64,000 nucleotides of DNA from Minutocellus sp. GHC0000111 (Eukaryota). The DNA lies in contig OZ361257.1 in NCBI GenBank assembly GCA_977018835.1, forward strand, positions 3,100,001 to 3,164,000, given 5' to 3'. This document shows positions 34,686 to 46,573 of this stretch, piece by piece; position 1 is the first letter of the stretch, and every line of letters begins with the position of its first letter. A program made the position numbers and the translations under genes. The notes beneath the pieces are model-generated. The model was not told where the DNA came from and did not search any database. It saw only the letters and a program-made list of their open reading frames with translations.

Positions 34686-35329
34686 ACGAGATTCATCTGC
34701 CTCCTCTCTGCAATCCTGATTGCCTCGGCATCTGCCTTTGTCCCGCAAAATGCCGCTCGGTCAGCTGGCGTCGCTATGATGGCCAAGAAAGAAGATGTTG
34801 TGAATTTCAAGAAGCCCGAATTCGTCGCTAGCGTTTCGGAGAAGACTGGCCTGAGCAAGGCCGAGTCAGAGGCTGCCCTTGCGGCCGTTCTTGAGACCAT
34901 CCAGGAGGTGAGTGGAAACTTCCTGTTTTTGCTTTTAGGCAGTGAGATTTTATATCGGGTGGTGATTCATTGGTTTCGCTGATGCAAAAAGTAATTGAGG
35001 TATTCACTCGTGATGTATTGGCAGCACAACTCGGTCAGATACAAAAGTTTCCGACTCTGTGTCTACTTTCCTTGGCTAGCTTGCAGCGTCCACCAGCAAT
35101 AATTGCCCGACTCACCACATTGACATATGTATTTTTTTTTAAATGAAAAATGGAGCAGGAGGTCGCTGCTGGAAAGCGCATTACTCTCCTTGGATTTGGA
35201 ACTTTCAAGTTATCGCACAGAGCTGCACGAAAGGGCCGCAACCCCCAGACAGGAGAGGAAATTCAGATTAAGGCCAGCAACTCACCTTCCTTTTCGGCAT
35301 CCAAGGCTTTCAAGGAACGATGCAACTAA
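34686..35329 (+). CDS. Plastid-targeted bacterial-type histone-like nucleoid protein HU; intron 34908-35158; start codon reads ACG
   Basis: (M)RFICLLSAILIASASAFVP presequence; K.EF...V.EKTGLSK, GFGTF, RKGRNPQTGEEIQI, PSFSASKAFK. Confidence 0.9.
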
Positions 35330-36114
35330 GTTTTTGGCGTATAATCGTGTGCTGGGTGCTCTACAATTGGACGGTCTTTATTAATGCTCGCTGGGGGTGT
35401 GAATGAGGTGCTACTGGTCGGAGAGGAAAAGGAGGGACAAGATGAAGACGATGTGCCTCTCACTCAGCTGTTGATACAAAAGGTATCACGAGGATGCGCA
35501 ATGAGAGGCAATAGTCCCAATGTGACCCATGCTAAAAAGATTTTCGATAGGGATGCAGTCGAATTTATGATTTATGATACATGTACCAAAATTACCTTTC
35601 TTTTTACCGTAACTTTCGATGTTTCACCACGCATAAATGCGGCAGGCCGCGGAGATGTACTGCAAAGGCATAGAGGCGCCTTGATGTCTGTGGCCCCTGC
35701 CTGACTAGCGGTACTTTCTTGGTCATGAAGGAGGTTGTGGCTTCATTCTCAGCAGCAGGCAGATTTTGCAGATTCAGATTCGCGTGGCAGGCCGCATGAA
35801 AAGAATGAGATGCGACCAAGACATGCATGGTGAGAATGAAAGCCTCGAAGCAAAGTTCAAAGTTCAAGGCAGCAGACAACTCTCTCCTCTGCTGCCTGCT
35901 ACGCTCTACGGACAAATTCAACTCAACTCGGCCGCTTGCTCACCCACCTCTCATTCTCTACGTACAAATTCAATTAAACTCGGCCGCTTGCTCAGCTATC
36001 TCTCATTTTCGGCCAAAGCGAACATAACTACTTTGAGTGCGTAGTAGCTACGTAGAATCCAACTGCCTGTTCAGCTCTGCTTGCATACAAATCTCGCTAT
36101 TCACGTGTAAGCAA

Positions 36115-37657
36115 ATGAGAACTGCAATTTGTAGGAGCTTGTCCCGCCGTGCGCTACTTTCACCGGAGACAGTGGCATCGATGCCACTACTCGCTACCGG
36201 CTCTGTGCGTGGCATCCAAACATCGAAGGCCGACCCTCTCTCCAAGGAATATAAATACTGGAATCGCGAAGAATCGAAACATGGGAGTATGCCTCTCTGC
36301 TGGAAATGAGTCCCTGGAGTGTGAAACGAGAGGCAAGAATTGTATCACTCTCAGATCGAAATGACACTGCCAACGATGCCCTCCACAAGGGCAAGCTACC
36401 TTACTCGTCTCAACTACTGGGTGTCGGAGAGACCTTGGACGATGTGGAGCATCTGGCCGACCAAAAGCCCAATATTCTTTTTGTGTCGCCGTCATGCCCA
36501 CGAGCCTGCAAGGTTCTTCCAAAAGTCCTGGAAGCATTCCCTGCGATTGAATGGGTGCATGTCAGATCAGCTGGCCTTGACTTCCTCAACCCGAAGAGTT
36601 GCAGACGGATCTGTCTAAGAACATACCCTTACCAATGCGAAAGGCCAATTCTCTTCGTCGTTGGCTGAGTACACATTTTTGTCGTGTTCGTATTTCGCGA
36701 AGGATTTACCTCGTCTGATGAGACAGAAGCAAGCACAAAACTGGGAGAAGTATGATGTAGAGGAGCTTCGTGGCAAGACGCTCGGGGTCGTCGGCTACGG
36801 AGACATCGGAAGAGCAACTGCAAAACTTGCCAATGCTTATGGGATGCGAGTGATCGCTCTTTCGCCGTCATCCTGAGATTTCCGCCAACGATCCTCTTTG
36901 CGATAAAGTTTTGGGGACTGGTAAAGCAGCACTAAATGAACTCATGGCCGAGAGCGATTATGTGTTTGCTCTGCTCCATCCACAGTATCAACGCGTGGCA
37001 TGGTAAATGAAGATGCGTTTGCTGCAGCAAAGGAGGGAATGGTGTTTATCAATTTGGGAAGAGGACCCGTCGTTGATGAGAAAGCCATGATAAATGCGCT
37101 CAAATCTGGCCAGTTGAAGGGAGCTGCCCTCGATGTCTTCGCTGAGGAACCTCTCCCAAAAGGCCACGATCTCTGGGGCTTGGACAATGTTCTAATCAGC
37201 CCTCATAATATGGATCAGGTATGTGTGCATTTGAACGCAATATATGTATGTATGTATGTATCGCTGGGATTTGACCGTTGGGATTCGTTCCAACGATCAC
37301 CTAACTCGCCTACTAATGACATTCTTTGCTGATTTGTAGTATGTATGTATATGTAGGTATTTATGATCTAAAAAATCTGTGTGCCTGCGCTACGTACTAT
37401 GAAAAGATTCCTAATTCTCATTTCCCTCTGTTTTCATCATTTGAAAAATTTCATTCGATCGATGTAAAAACGTGACTGTGTGTTGTTGACTGCATCTGCA
37501 TCTGTTCCTCTTTCCACGGCTCTTCCAAATTTGTGTGCACCTGTAGACGGAAACTTTTATGCACGAAGCAACATCATTCTTCCTGATGGAGAACCTTCCC
37601 CGATTCATTTGTGGAGAAGAATTGCTCAATCGAGTGGATGTGACGGCTGGCTATTAG
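36115..37657 (+). CDS. D-isomer-specific 2-hydroxyacid dehydrogenase; intron 37219-37546; several apparent frameshifts
   Basis: ELRGKTLGVVGYGDIG Rossmann motif, FINLGRGPVVDE, GAALDVF.EEPL, NVLISPHN, C-terminal VD..AGY*. Confidence 0.88.
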
Positions 37658-38213
37658 TTAGGATGGATTGCTGGATGGAAGATTTCTTTTTTGAACACCG
37701 TCGAGATCTCTAGATCTATTGTACTTTGAATGTTTAATTGAAATACTGGTACTGAAAAAGTCAACATTGTACCGGCAGTCTACACAGGCCTACAGCCCGT
37801 TCTCATCCACAAGCACAATGCAACACACAAAAGGATCGAAGCCGAGCTTATGGTCGTCAATAATTGAGGGTCTGAATTTTAAGCACGTATGCTTACTGTA
37901 TATACACATGTACGTAAAATCTACATAAAACAAATCAGCAAAGAATGCCGCGCGCCGGCCGCGCCGCTTTTTTACATATGCATGGCCATTGACGTGGCAG
38001 ATGCCAGACATTACAGACAGCTCGGAAAAGAGACGGAATCCCAGCACTAAGGCACCTTAGGAGCTCTCCCAAGAGTACATGTAGAGGAAGGCATGCGGAA
38101 ACTGATAGCTAATTAAACATCCATTCCAGTCAACATTTCATGGCCGGCTATGGTTCTTCCCAGACTATATATATATAATATATATAGCAAAAGATGGAAT
38201 GCAAAAGAGAAAA

Positions 38214-38215
<2 letters not shown>

Positions 38216-38244
<29 letters not shown>
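38216..38244. repeat. (TA)n microsatellite
   Basis: Seen directly. Confidence 0.95.
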
Positions 38245-38247
<3 letters not shown>

Positions 38248-40059
38248 GCGCACATGTATCCGGTGGTTTGACTTCGGGGCTGCTGCTGCGCAGCACATGA
38301 CATTGCCAGAACTTTTGGTCTCGACATGCTTATTGCTTAGCGGGACGACACCCACCACCACCATGCTTACCGGTACATGCTTAGGAGAAGGCAAAATCTG
38401 AAGTCCGCCCGCCTAAGCACCACATTGGATGTGCTCATAGGTATCAGAGTGTTATCTACAATGTAGCTATGTGGGCCCGGGTGCCCTCTGAAAAAATCGT
38501 CCACCGGTTGGCGAAAAGACGGGCGCCAAGGGCGTGTTTAGCAACCAAGTTCATGATGGGAAAAAGTAGTTTCAAACACATACGGTTTGAATACGCTGTA
38601 TGTAAGCCCTTATTTTTTTCGCTTCTTTGTTTTTTTAGAACACAAATTGACTGGCTCGCTCTCTTTTTGTATGTGTTTCTTTATGATGTCATAGTCTGAC
38701 ACAGTTTATATCTGATGTTGTTGATCTGTCAACGAATTTTGATGAAGAAGAAGACCACTAGAAGACACAGGCGCCGACCACGTCAAAAAGAACAGGGACG
38801 CCGTCGGCAAGCAACCAACCTTCAGAGCACATGTAGACAATGCAGGAGGTAGGAAAAGAGACCAAATCGAAAAGGACAGCAACTACAATGCCAACAACAC
38901 CTAGAAAACAACAGACCCGCATTCACACTCGCAATCTGCTGCTGAGAACCGCTGCGAGGTGGTGACTAGCTACGTCACCGTGCCTCCTGCTGCATGTGCC
39001 AAAGAGTGCGCAAAAACCACACAATTAATTTTTTGTTGGAAGATCAACGAAATTGGACAAAGCAAGTGGCATGCACAAACCAACACTAGCACGAAGTGCT
39101 GAGCTTAGGAACACCCAAAAAACCACACGCCCCACCACGACCGACCACACAAAACCACGCAACACCGAAAGCCTGTGTGTGTCGATCAATCGGCCCACCA
39201 GCGTGCAGGGCACCCGGGCCATCTGGAGTGCAGCTGAGCCACCCCTCTGCCACAAGCTAAATGCGTGGGCCAAACACATCTTCCTTCCCTCGCATGGAAC
39301 TGACAGCAGCACAGAGCGCCCCCCCCCCCCAACAACAACGAAAAACCGCCCCCTGCCCGTCCGTCGTCGGCCAGATGGGAACCCCCCCCCCCTTCGCCGC
39401 CATTTAGGCTCCGTGTCGATTCGATCGACTGAATGAGCGGAGAAGCTCTTGTAGGCCTACTAGCTAGCTAGGCCTACGTAGCAGCACTAGCAGCACCGGT
39501 CAGTGGATGTGTGAAGTCATCACACAGATGATTGGGCGCCAGCATAATATCGGGGGGATTCGCCGGGGAGGACAATTCCCCTCCTTTTTTATCCTGTCAG
39601 ACAGGCAGAATGACTGTTCGGACAAAAATATGACGCGTTGGCTGGCGCCTTGGTATGTAGGCCTAGGCCTATGTGCGCGAAGCATGCGTTGGGCTGCTGC
39701 CGCCCACTGCTTACGCGGCACTGACGAGTCACTTGGCCACTTGGAGTGCATCCCAACGCTCCGAGATTTACTTGCAAAACGCTTGCAATATTGCATTTTG
39801 TCTCATTCAAGGAATTGATTGATCTTGCCTGTCAATTGCGCGGAGCAGTGGAAACAAATTGAATTGAGGCTGCATGTGCTCAGTAATTTTTGGGGAGCAG
39901 CAATAGTAGAGACATCGGACATCGGCATACTCACAACAGCAGCAGCAGCAGCAACCCGGTTCAGGTCTTTTTGCTTCTGACTTGCGCAAATATCAAGGTG
40001 ATTCTTTGCGGGTCCCGCTCATTCTATATTACCTGAAAGCACCGACGTGGAAAGCAACA

Positions 40060-41067
40060 ATGGCACCAGCATTTGTAATCCACAACGAGGATAGATCACA
40101 AATCCATTCTTCGGCACAAGGTTCCGACCCTCGCGGCGATCAAGCTCTTCCTCTATTCGCGCCTTCTCCTCCAGCAACACTGGTGCCTATGCGCTCAACC
40201 GAAAGCAAGATTCGTCTTGAGAGGGGTGACTATCTCAATAAGAAGCGCTCTATCGACTTCATCACCTACCGAGAGGGATGTCCTATCGACAAACATTCCA
40301 AGGCAACCGTCCGAGACGAGGATCCCACCGCAGAAATAAGCGGTATTGAAGCATCGAGAGATGACTGCAGCAATAGCGATATTGGAGATGCCCAGCAGAA
40401 AGACGGCACGCTTTCCAAGTCAACCGCCGACGACGAAGAAATTCACCCTCTCTACGTAATTCAAAAGACCGGCACAAAGAACAATCATAACCAGTCCACC
40501 CGAGTTTCCAAGGCATATAGCTTTGAGGAATACTGGAAGATATTTGACTCCGTCGTCGAGGGATGTCGGTGCATTAGCATCGCGGGGTGTGCCGCTGGCG
40601 GTGTCAATACTCCCGACACAAGTTTTGGCAACTCCATCGATGAGGCAGACGGGTCGTCCTTGATTGCCAACCAGGGACCTGCACGCCTTGTTCACACTCC
40701 AGTAGGCGATGGTAACAACAACTGTTACTACGGCCAAGTCACCCCCCAAAATCACAGGCATGCAACCAGTGGCGATCTACAGTCAAATCATCCATCGCCA
40801 ACTAGCTCTACTGCCAATGTTGTGCTGTCTGTTGCTAGTACAAGTAGCTCTTCCACATCTCCTGCGACATTCCTGTCCAAGGGTGGCACGACCTACACTG
40901 CGTCATCTCAATCCAGTGGGTCAACTCACCAACAGCCGCCATCGTTGCGCGTTCTACGCGATTTGGAACGCGAACTGAGCGATGACGATGATTTTCGACC
41001 AGCCCATCGGACTAGCGCCTGTTTTGTTCTGCATGAGAAAGACAAGGTGAACGATATATTCAGGTGA
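40060..41067 (+). CDS. Hypothetical Ser/Thr-rich, largely disordered protein
   Basis: Long ORF with ATG in a CAACAATGG context; no family recognised; 3' end uncertain. Confidence 0.55.
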   Translation: MAPAFVIHNEDRSQIHSSAQGSDPRGDQALPLFAPSPPATLVPMRSTESKIRLERGDYLNKKRSIDFITYREGCPIDKHSKATVRDEDPTAEISGIEASRDDCSNSDIGDAQQKDGTLSKSTADDEEIHPLYVIQKTGTKNNHNQSTRVSKAYSFEEYWKIFDSVVEGCRCISIAGCAAGGVNTPDTSFGNSIDEADGSSLIANQGPARLVHTPVGDGNNNCYYGQVTPQNHRHATSGDLQSNHPSPTSSTANVVLSVASTSSSSTSPATFLSKGGTTYTASSQSSGSTHQQPPSLRVLRDLERELSDDDDFRPAHRTSACFVLHEKDKVNDIFR

Positions 41068-41617
41068 TGCCTCTTTGCCCGCGTATGCATCTTAGGGAAC
41101 CACCAATCAAGCTAAAAAGGGCGATGATCGCTTGGACGCTACTGCAATGGTGATGAAGTGGTTTGGGAGAGGAAGAGAGAGAGAGAGAGCCGAGAGTCAG
41201 GCAGATTGGAACTTTCTCATGCTGCTGCCGATCGAGATCTAGCTCAGCTAGACCAGATGTTAGATCTACCTGTAAATGCATCGATTGGGATTACATGTAC
41301 CAGTAACTGATAACATGACTGCTATTAAATCTATGCACATTCAGAGTTTGCTGTGAACTTTGAATGTTGTAGTGAAAGTGATGCCATGCCATGGCATCGT
41401 AGGAGAATACCTTTTTCTGATGATGTAGGATTCCTACTGACCAACGCGACGACGGCATCGGACAGCAAGCCCAACAAATACCAGTAACAGCCTGAGTAGA
41501 TCCCCATGTGTGTACTGTTCTCGGCCACTTTTGATCTTATGAACAGGCCTTGTTTGGCATTGGCAATTCATTTATTTAAGCTCTCATCTTTTCTTCAGCC
41601 AGGACTGTCTTCTAGAT

Positions 41618-42910
41618 CTAAGACGCCTCCTCCTTGCACGCGTTCTCATTTTTGTCGTTGATCTCGGCGTCAATGTACTCTAGCCAGTCATCAGAGAGGA
41701 GAGCCCCCTCATCACCTGCGACTTCATCTCCTTCTTTGCTGTTGTTGCTGCCTGCGGTTGGAAAAAGTCCTTGCATTTCTTCGAGACCACCCAGCTCGTC
41801 GTCGTAATGCTTTTCATATTCATTCAACGAATGATGCTCCCCGGAAATGTGAAATGCCGGCATGCCGTCGTCATTAATACTGGTGGCCTGACTTGCAGCA
41901 CCGACTGTTGACCTTGGACGGTATTGGGACACCATCGATTCCTCCATTTCTCCCCTCGAATCATTTCCCATCAGCGAGTACGATGGCATGTTATCCACCG
42001 GATCCCCGGCCTTGTAGACATTCATTTGTCCATTCATCTCACGTCGGGGTGGGAATTCCCTGCCTGCCCTCCTTGCTGCGTCCGCGTACCGAGACGGATT
42101 CAGGTCGATCCCTCTTGATGATTCTTTGGCGGTGGATCCTTGGACATTTTTATCATGGGCGAGCACCTTCTTTCCTTGTCCCTCGTCGTTTTCGTTTTCG
42201 TCGTTGTCGTCATTTTCATCCTCATTTCGACGACGATCGCCAACATAATCTTGCGGAGGCACCGATGATGGTCGCGGCTTGGGCATGTATCCCTTGATAC
42301 AGGCCACAAAAGCTTCTTCGACCAAATCGTAACAACCGTTGCTGCCCCTTCCCAGACCATTGGCAGACAAGACTGCTCGGCGGAAGCTTGGACTTGATCG
42401 AATGCTGCTGAATTCCGTCGTGTTGTAGATTTGTTGGAACGGCCTGTCCTTTAAATAGGTTGTGATGCGAGACGAAAGATGATGGAGTGTCGGGCAGCGA
42501 CATTCGGTGAGGATGGGCCGGCCTCTTGTGGTACTGGTACATGTAGAGGTGCCAGACCTTTGCGTCAGCTGTGGAACGAGGCCACCATCCTCCTTGCTAC
42601 TGGTGGAAGCCGAGAGAACTGACTTTGCATGGTAAGTTACATCCACAATGCGATCAGTTGTTTCGTCGACGACGGTCTCATATCGAATGACGCAGCCACA
42701 GTTGGGTGAGCATTGTTGCCCCCACGACTTTTGCAGGCGTTGTGGTTGCTGGGCGGCAGCACTCGTTCTCGTGGCATTAGCACTATTGGCAGATGTGCTG
42801 CTACATGTTCCGCCGACCTTGTTGCTGTTGGTAGCTGCCGCCACTGCCGAGGAGGCACCGCGAGGCCTCGCCGATGCCGCCACAGACGCTGCGTTGAGAA
42901 GGAATCTCAT
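41618..42910 (-). CDS. Hypothetical protein with mitochondrial-like presequence and a divergent IscU/SufU-like domain
   Basis: SPNCGC...RIVDVTYHAK...CRC...CYDLVEEAFVACIKGY resembles the spacing of IscU motifs; acidic disordered tail. The CDS is well supported; the family call is an inference. Confidence 0.6.
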   Translation of the reverse strand: MRFLLNAASVAASARPRGASSAVAAATNSNKVGGTCSSTSANSANATRTSAAAQQPQRLQKSWGQQCSPNCGCVIRYETVVDETTDRIVDVTYHAKSVLSASTSSKEDGGLVPQLTQRSGTSTCTSTTRGRPILTECRCPTLHHLSSRITTYLKDRPFQQIYNTTEFSSIRSSPSFRRAVLSANGLGRGSNGCYDLVEEAFVACIKGYMPKPRPSSVPPQDYVGDRRRNEDENDDNDENENDEGQGKKVLAHDKNVQGSTAKESSRGIDLNPSRYADAARRAGREFPPRREMNGQMNVYKAGDPVDNMPSYSLMGNDSRGEMEESMVSQYRPRSTVGAASQATSINDDGMPAFHISGEHHSLNEYEKHYDDELGGLEEMQGLFPTAGSNNSKEGDEVAGDEGALLSDDWLEYIDAEINDKNENACKEEAS

Positions 42911-43200
42911 GTGAGGGCGAGTACGCTGGGCTGGCTCTGGTCTCAAGTCTACTTGTACTTTGTACTCTAATACTGAGAATGTTTTTTTCGAAGCGAGAAT
43001 GATGATGATGAAGACGTGGCCGCCAAGTCAGAGGCGTCGTTGTCGTTGTCGACACCTTCAGTATCGTGTCATTGGTAAATACGATAACTAACTACATGTA
43101 CGAACTCGTACTACGTACGTAAACTACTGATGAATGAACCGATGAACCGATGCGATGCCGATTGATTCATTCGATTCATTCGATCGTCATTATTTTTCTC

Positions 43201-44470
43201 ATGATGAGGTCGATCCTGCTCCTTGTAGCGGCGGCGGCGGCGGTTGGACCCAGCGACCGCCTTTGTTTCCCCCACAGTAGACGGCACATTATGCGCCCGC
43301 CACCGACGACAACGTGCGGACATTTCGTCGGCGGCGGCAGCTGACTCAGCAGCAACAGCGGCGGCAACGCCAGCCGAGCAAACGGCCGCGTCAGTGGCCA
43401 GACTGAAGAAGGTCCTCGAGCGGGAGTACATATCGTTCTTTGATCCCATGGAGGATTCGTGGTACTCTCCGTCCGTTAGCTTTGTCGATCCGATGACGGA
43501 ATTGTCGGGCGTCGACCAATATCGCGCCAACGTGGACATGCTGGCTGGACGAACATTGATGGGCAAGATCCTCTTCGAGGATGCCGGCATCAATCTGCAC
43601 TCCGTCACGGGCGGAGAGGTGTCCCAAAACGCTCGGGGAGAGGTGGAAATTGCCGACATCACCACCCGATGGACCCTCAAGGTGACGGCGTCGGTACTGC
43701 CATGGAAGCCGACCGCACGCTTCACCGGCATCAGCGTCTACAAGGTCGTGCCCGATGCCACTGCAAGCACGGGCGTACAGATTGTCGGTCAGACTGACTA
43801 CTGGGACTCGGTCAATCTCCGGCCCAATTCCGACGGACAATATCAGCGTGTGGAGAAGTCTCTGGCCATTCAGGATTTTCTCGATCAGCTCAAACCCGGT
43901 GGTCCCAAGGCACAAGCGGCGGCACCGGAGCTCCCGTACGAACTGCTGCGCCGAGGCGACGGATATGAGGTGCGCCGGTATCCACCCTACGTGGGGGTGC
44001 GATTGCCGTACAAGCGACGGGATGAGGGATTCGGATCTCTGGGTGCGTTTACACGAGGAATGAATCCGCTCGGCCCTGCCATTATGGAGGTAGAGAACAG
44101 CGACGTGAGCGACAAGTACATGATGTGGCCTTTGTCTTATGCCATGCCCGGCGAAGACGAGGCAGTGGCGCCGCAGGATGCCACCGACAAGGCCGGGGAT
44201 GGACAATGGAGGACGATGAAGATCGTCCCGGTACCAGGGCCCGCCGTCGTGGCCGTTCGGCCGTTCACCGATGCGAGCATGGAACCCGTGGTTCGAAAGG
44301 CCGATCGGGAGCTGCGCGGTCTTCTGAAGAGGGATGGCCTCCTTCCCAGGGCGGGAAGCGAGGACATGGTCCGTTTCGCTCAGTACGATGCCATCTTCAG
44401 CATGGGCCAAAGACGAGGCGAGGTTTGGATTGAGCTGGAAAAAGGCAGCGAGGGTGGACATCCGTGGTGA
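43201..44470 (+). CDS. Plastid-targeted DUF2358 (SnoaL-like) plus SOUL haem-binding domain protein; apparent frameshift near 43250
   Basis: Signal peptide MMRSILLLVAAAA then ATAFV; YSPSVSFVDPM, TTRWTL, LPWKP...FTGISVY, DYWDS; then PYELL...GYEVRRY...FAQYD...RRGEVWIEL. Confidence 0.85.
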
Positions 44471-44651
44471 TTGATGATGAACATGAGGTTGCAGATGTAT
44501 TAAAAATGATCTAGACTAGATCTTCTAGAGAACTACCTAGGTACATTGTTAAGAGTTAGTTGTGATCCAGCTGGAATTTGATCTCTAGATCTACATGTAG
44601 ATCTAGTCTAGAGTAACTGTCTAATTAAGAAATTGAAAATAGGAAATGCTA

Positions 44652-45441
44652 GAGTAAATGTCTAATTAAGAAATTGAAAATAGAAAATGCTACAAGCACA
44701 CGAGCATTCGTCGAATCGTCGCAAATGGCACGGTTTTGGATAGCTCTTGATGAGTAGATCAAGAGAAAATTTTGAACTGAGGAAAAATTCCACTGCGTCA
44801 ATGAGTTTTGCAGTGCTTCGATTTTTCGGCATCGCCGGACGATTTCTAAAACTGCCCAATTAAGAAATACTAACTTCACCGTGTAAAAGCATTGCTAGTA
44901 GAAGCTAGTAGGTATACTGAACTTACAAAGACGCACATCATCGGGGCTATGTCCCGATCTCCCAGCCGCTTAACTTGTTCGTCCTCATTTTTAAAGGAGC
45001 AAAATTTTGGGAGATCAGGATTTTTATCAGGATTTTTTTTGGGGGGATCAGGACAGACCAGCTGAGAGAGATCAGGACAGAATCAGCTTGAGAGATCAGG
45101 AAAGACCAGCTGAGAGAGATCAGGACAGAACAGCTGAAAGCAATCAATCACAACAGACCGGTCCACCCTCCCTAGATCTGCGCCTCCTCTTCCCCCTTGC
45201 AAAATAAAAACAAAACCCGCCCCGATGCTGTTCTCGTCTTGTAACTTTCCCCCCAGTCCTCAGATTTCCAAAACCTCACCGGATTTGAGCTCCTCTCGAC
45301 GAGCTGAATCCAGCGAGCTGTCAAACGCTCCCCAGAAAAATATTTCGATAACTGCACTTTTTTACTAGTAGAAGCATGGGAGGGAGGGCTCTGGACACCC
45401 CATTTCTTAATCGTGCCCATTTCTTAACATGGCATTTACTC
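44652..45441. mobile_element. Inner copy of the same MITE, inserted at a TA inside the outer copy
   Basis: TA|GAGTAAATGTC ... GCATTTACTC|TA; removing it restores AAATGC-TA-CAA, the sequence seen in the inner copy itself. Confidence 0.85.
44939..45242. mobile_element. Insertion of about 300 bp with 9-bp inverted ends (CATCGGGGC) and internal GAGATCAGGA repeats
   Basis: Absent from the paralogous site near 45690; four tandem units of about 23 bp at 45045-45135; no target duplication seen. Confidence 0.6.
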
Positions 45442-45831
45442 TACAACTACACGAGCATTCGTCGAATCGTCTCAAATGGCACGGTTTTGGACAGCTCTTG
45501 ATGAGCAGACCAAGAGAAAATTTTGAACTGCGGAAAAATTCGATGTCGTCAACGAGTTTTGTGGTGCTTGCTCGTTTTTTCGGCATCGCCGGACGATTTC
45601 TAAATCTGCCCAATTAAGAAACACTGTCTTCACCGTGTAAAAGCATTGCTAGTAGAAGCTAGCAGGCATGCTGAACTTACAAAAACGCACATAACTTTTT
45701 CCCCAGTCCTCAGATTTCCAAAACCTCACCGGATTTGAGCTCCTCTCGACGAGCTGAATCCAGCGAGCTGTCAAACGCCAACCAGAAAAACATTTCGATA
45801 AATGCACTTTTTTACTAGAGTAGTAGATCTA

Positions 45832-46094
45832 GGAGTGAGTTTGGTTAAAATCGGAGATTTTCAAGCCATTTCTGCTACTTACGGAGATCCATTTCCTGGC
45901 TGAACGGTCAAAAATAAGTGGGGCCACGCTAGTTTCTATGTGTCAATCGGTCCATAAACCGGCTTAGAGAGTTTCTCTGGCCCCAAAAAATTTTGACGGT
46001 TCGGTCAGCATTTGGGTTCAAATGTGAGACTGATTCGACTGAAATTTCGAGCAAAAACTTCAAAATTCCTCCGATTTTTATCCGAACGCACTCC
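45832..46094. mobile_element. 263-bp MITE, TIR GGAGTGMGTTYGGWTAAAA, TA target duplication
   Basis: Inverted ends, TA on both sides, empty site in the paralogous copy near 45369. Confidence 0.88.
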
Positions 46095-46365
46095 TAGAAG
46101 CATGGGAGAGAGGGCTCTGGATGCCCCATTTCTTAATCATGCCCATTTCTTAATGTGACACTTGCTCTAGTCAGTCGTCCGTTCGCGAGACAATTTGAAG
46201 TGAGAGAGACTTTGTCTTCTTCTTCAGCTGCAAGTGTGGCATGGTCGAACTGTCCATGTGATGTGCAACATTTTTCAGGCATCTTCGTCGCATCAAGAGG
46301 GGGACAAAGCATGTCGCCGAAGAAGTCAGTCAGGTTGAGAGCAGCAAGCAGAACTGACTTACTTG

Positions 46366-46573
46366 CAGTCCGTCCCCCCGAAAACAAGCAGCAGCAAGCA
46401 CACATCCATCCACTCTCTCTCTGGAGCTGAGGTCTGAACATGCTTATTTTGGAACACATGTAAGGCATTTTAACACAAATGAGATACTAATTGCTTCTTA
46501 GAATAAGCAATAGGCCCAAAATCTGAGGTCTCAAACAAGCATGTTGAACATGCTTATTTTCGGGGACGGACTG
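46366..46573. mobile_element. 208-bp MITE, TIR CAGTCCGTCCCC..GAAAAYAAGCA (Tc1/pogo-like CAGT end)
   Basis: Inverted ends of about 23 bp, flanked by TG on both sides. Confidence 0.75.

Larger units (their letters stand above)
44611..46167. mobile_element. Outer copy of a TA-flanked MITE of about 490 bp (TIR GAGYAAVTGYC....TTAAGAAAT) carrying nested insertions
   Basis: TA|GAGTAACTGTC at 44609 and GACACTTGCTC|TA ending at 46169; body colinear with the inner copy. Confidence 0.8.

Noticed and set aside
34686..35329. HU and L33 as recent bacterial transfer or contamination
   Set aside because: HU has a spliceosomal intron and a plastid presequence; both fit ordinary nucleus-encoded organellar genes
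35913..35994. Direct repeat of about 30 bp (CAAATTCAA....ACTCGGCCGCTTGCTCA) upstream of the dehydrogenase
   Set aside because: A real local duplication, but nothing indicates function
38474..39220. 14-bp inverted repeat GGCCCGGGTGCCCT about 750 bp apart as a transposon
   Set aside because: No target duplication and no second copy in the window; possible but unsupported
45045..45135. Short repeats as a CRISPR-like array (also 3664-3915)
   Set aside because: Tandem units with no unique spacers, no cas genes, eukaryotic context
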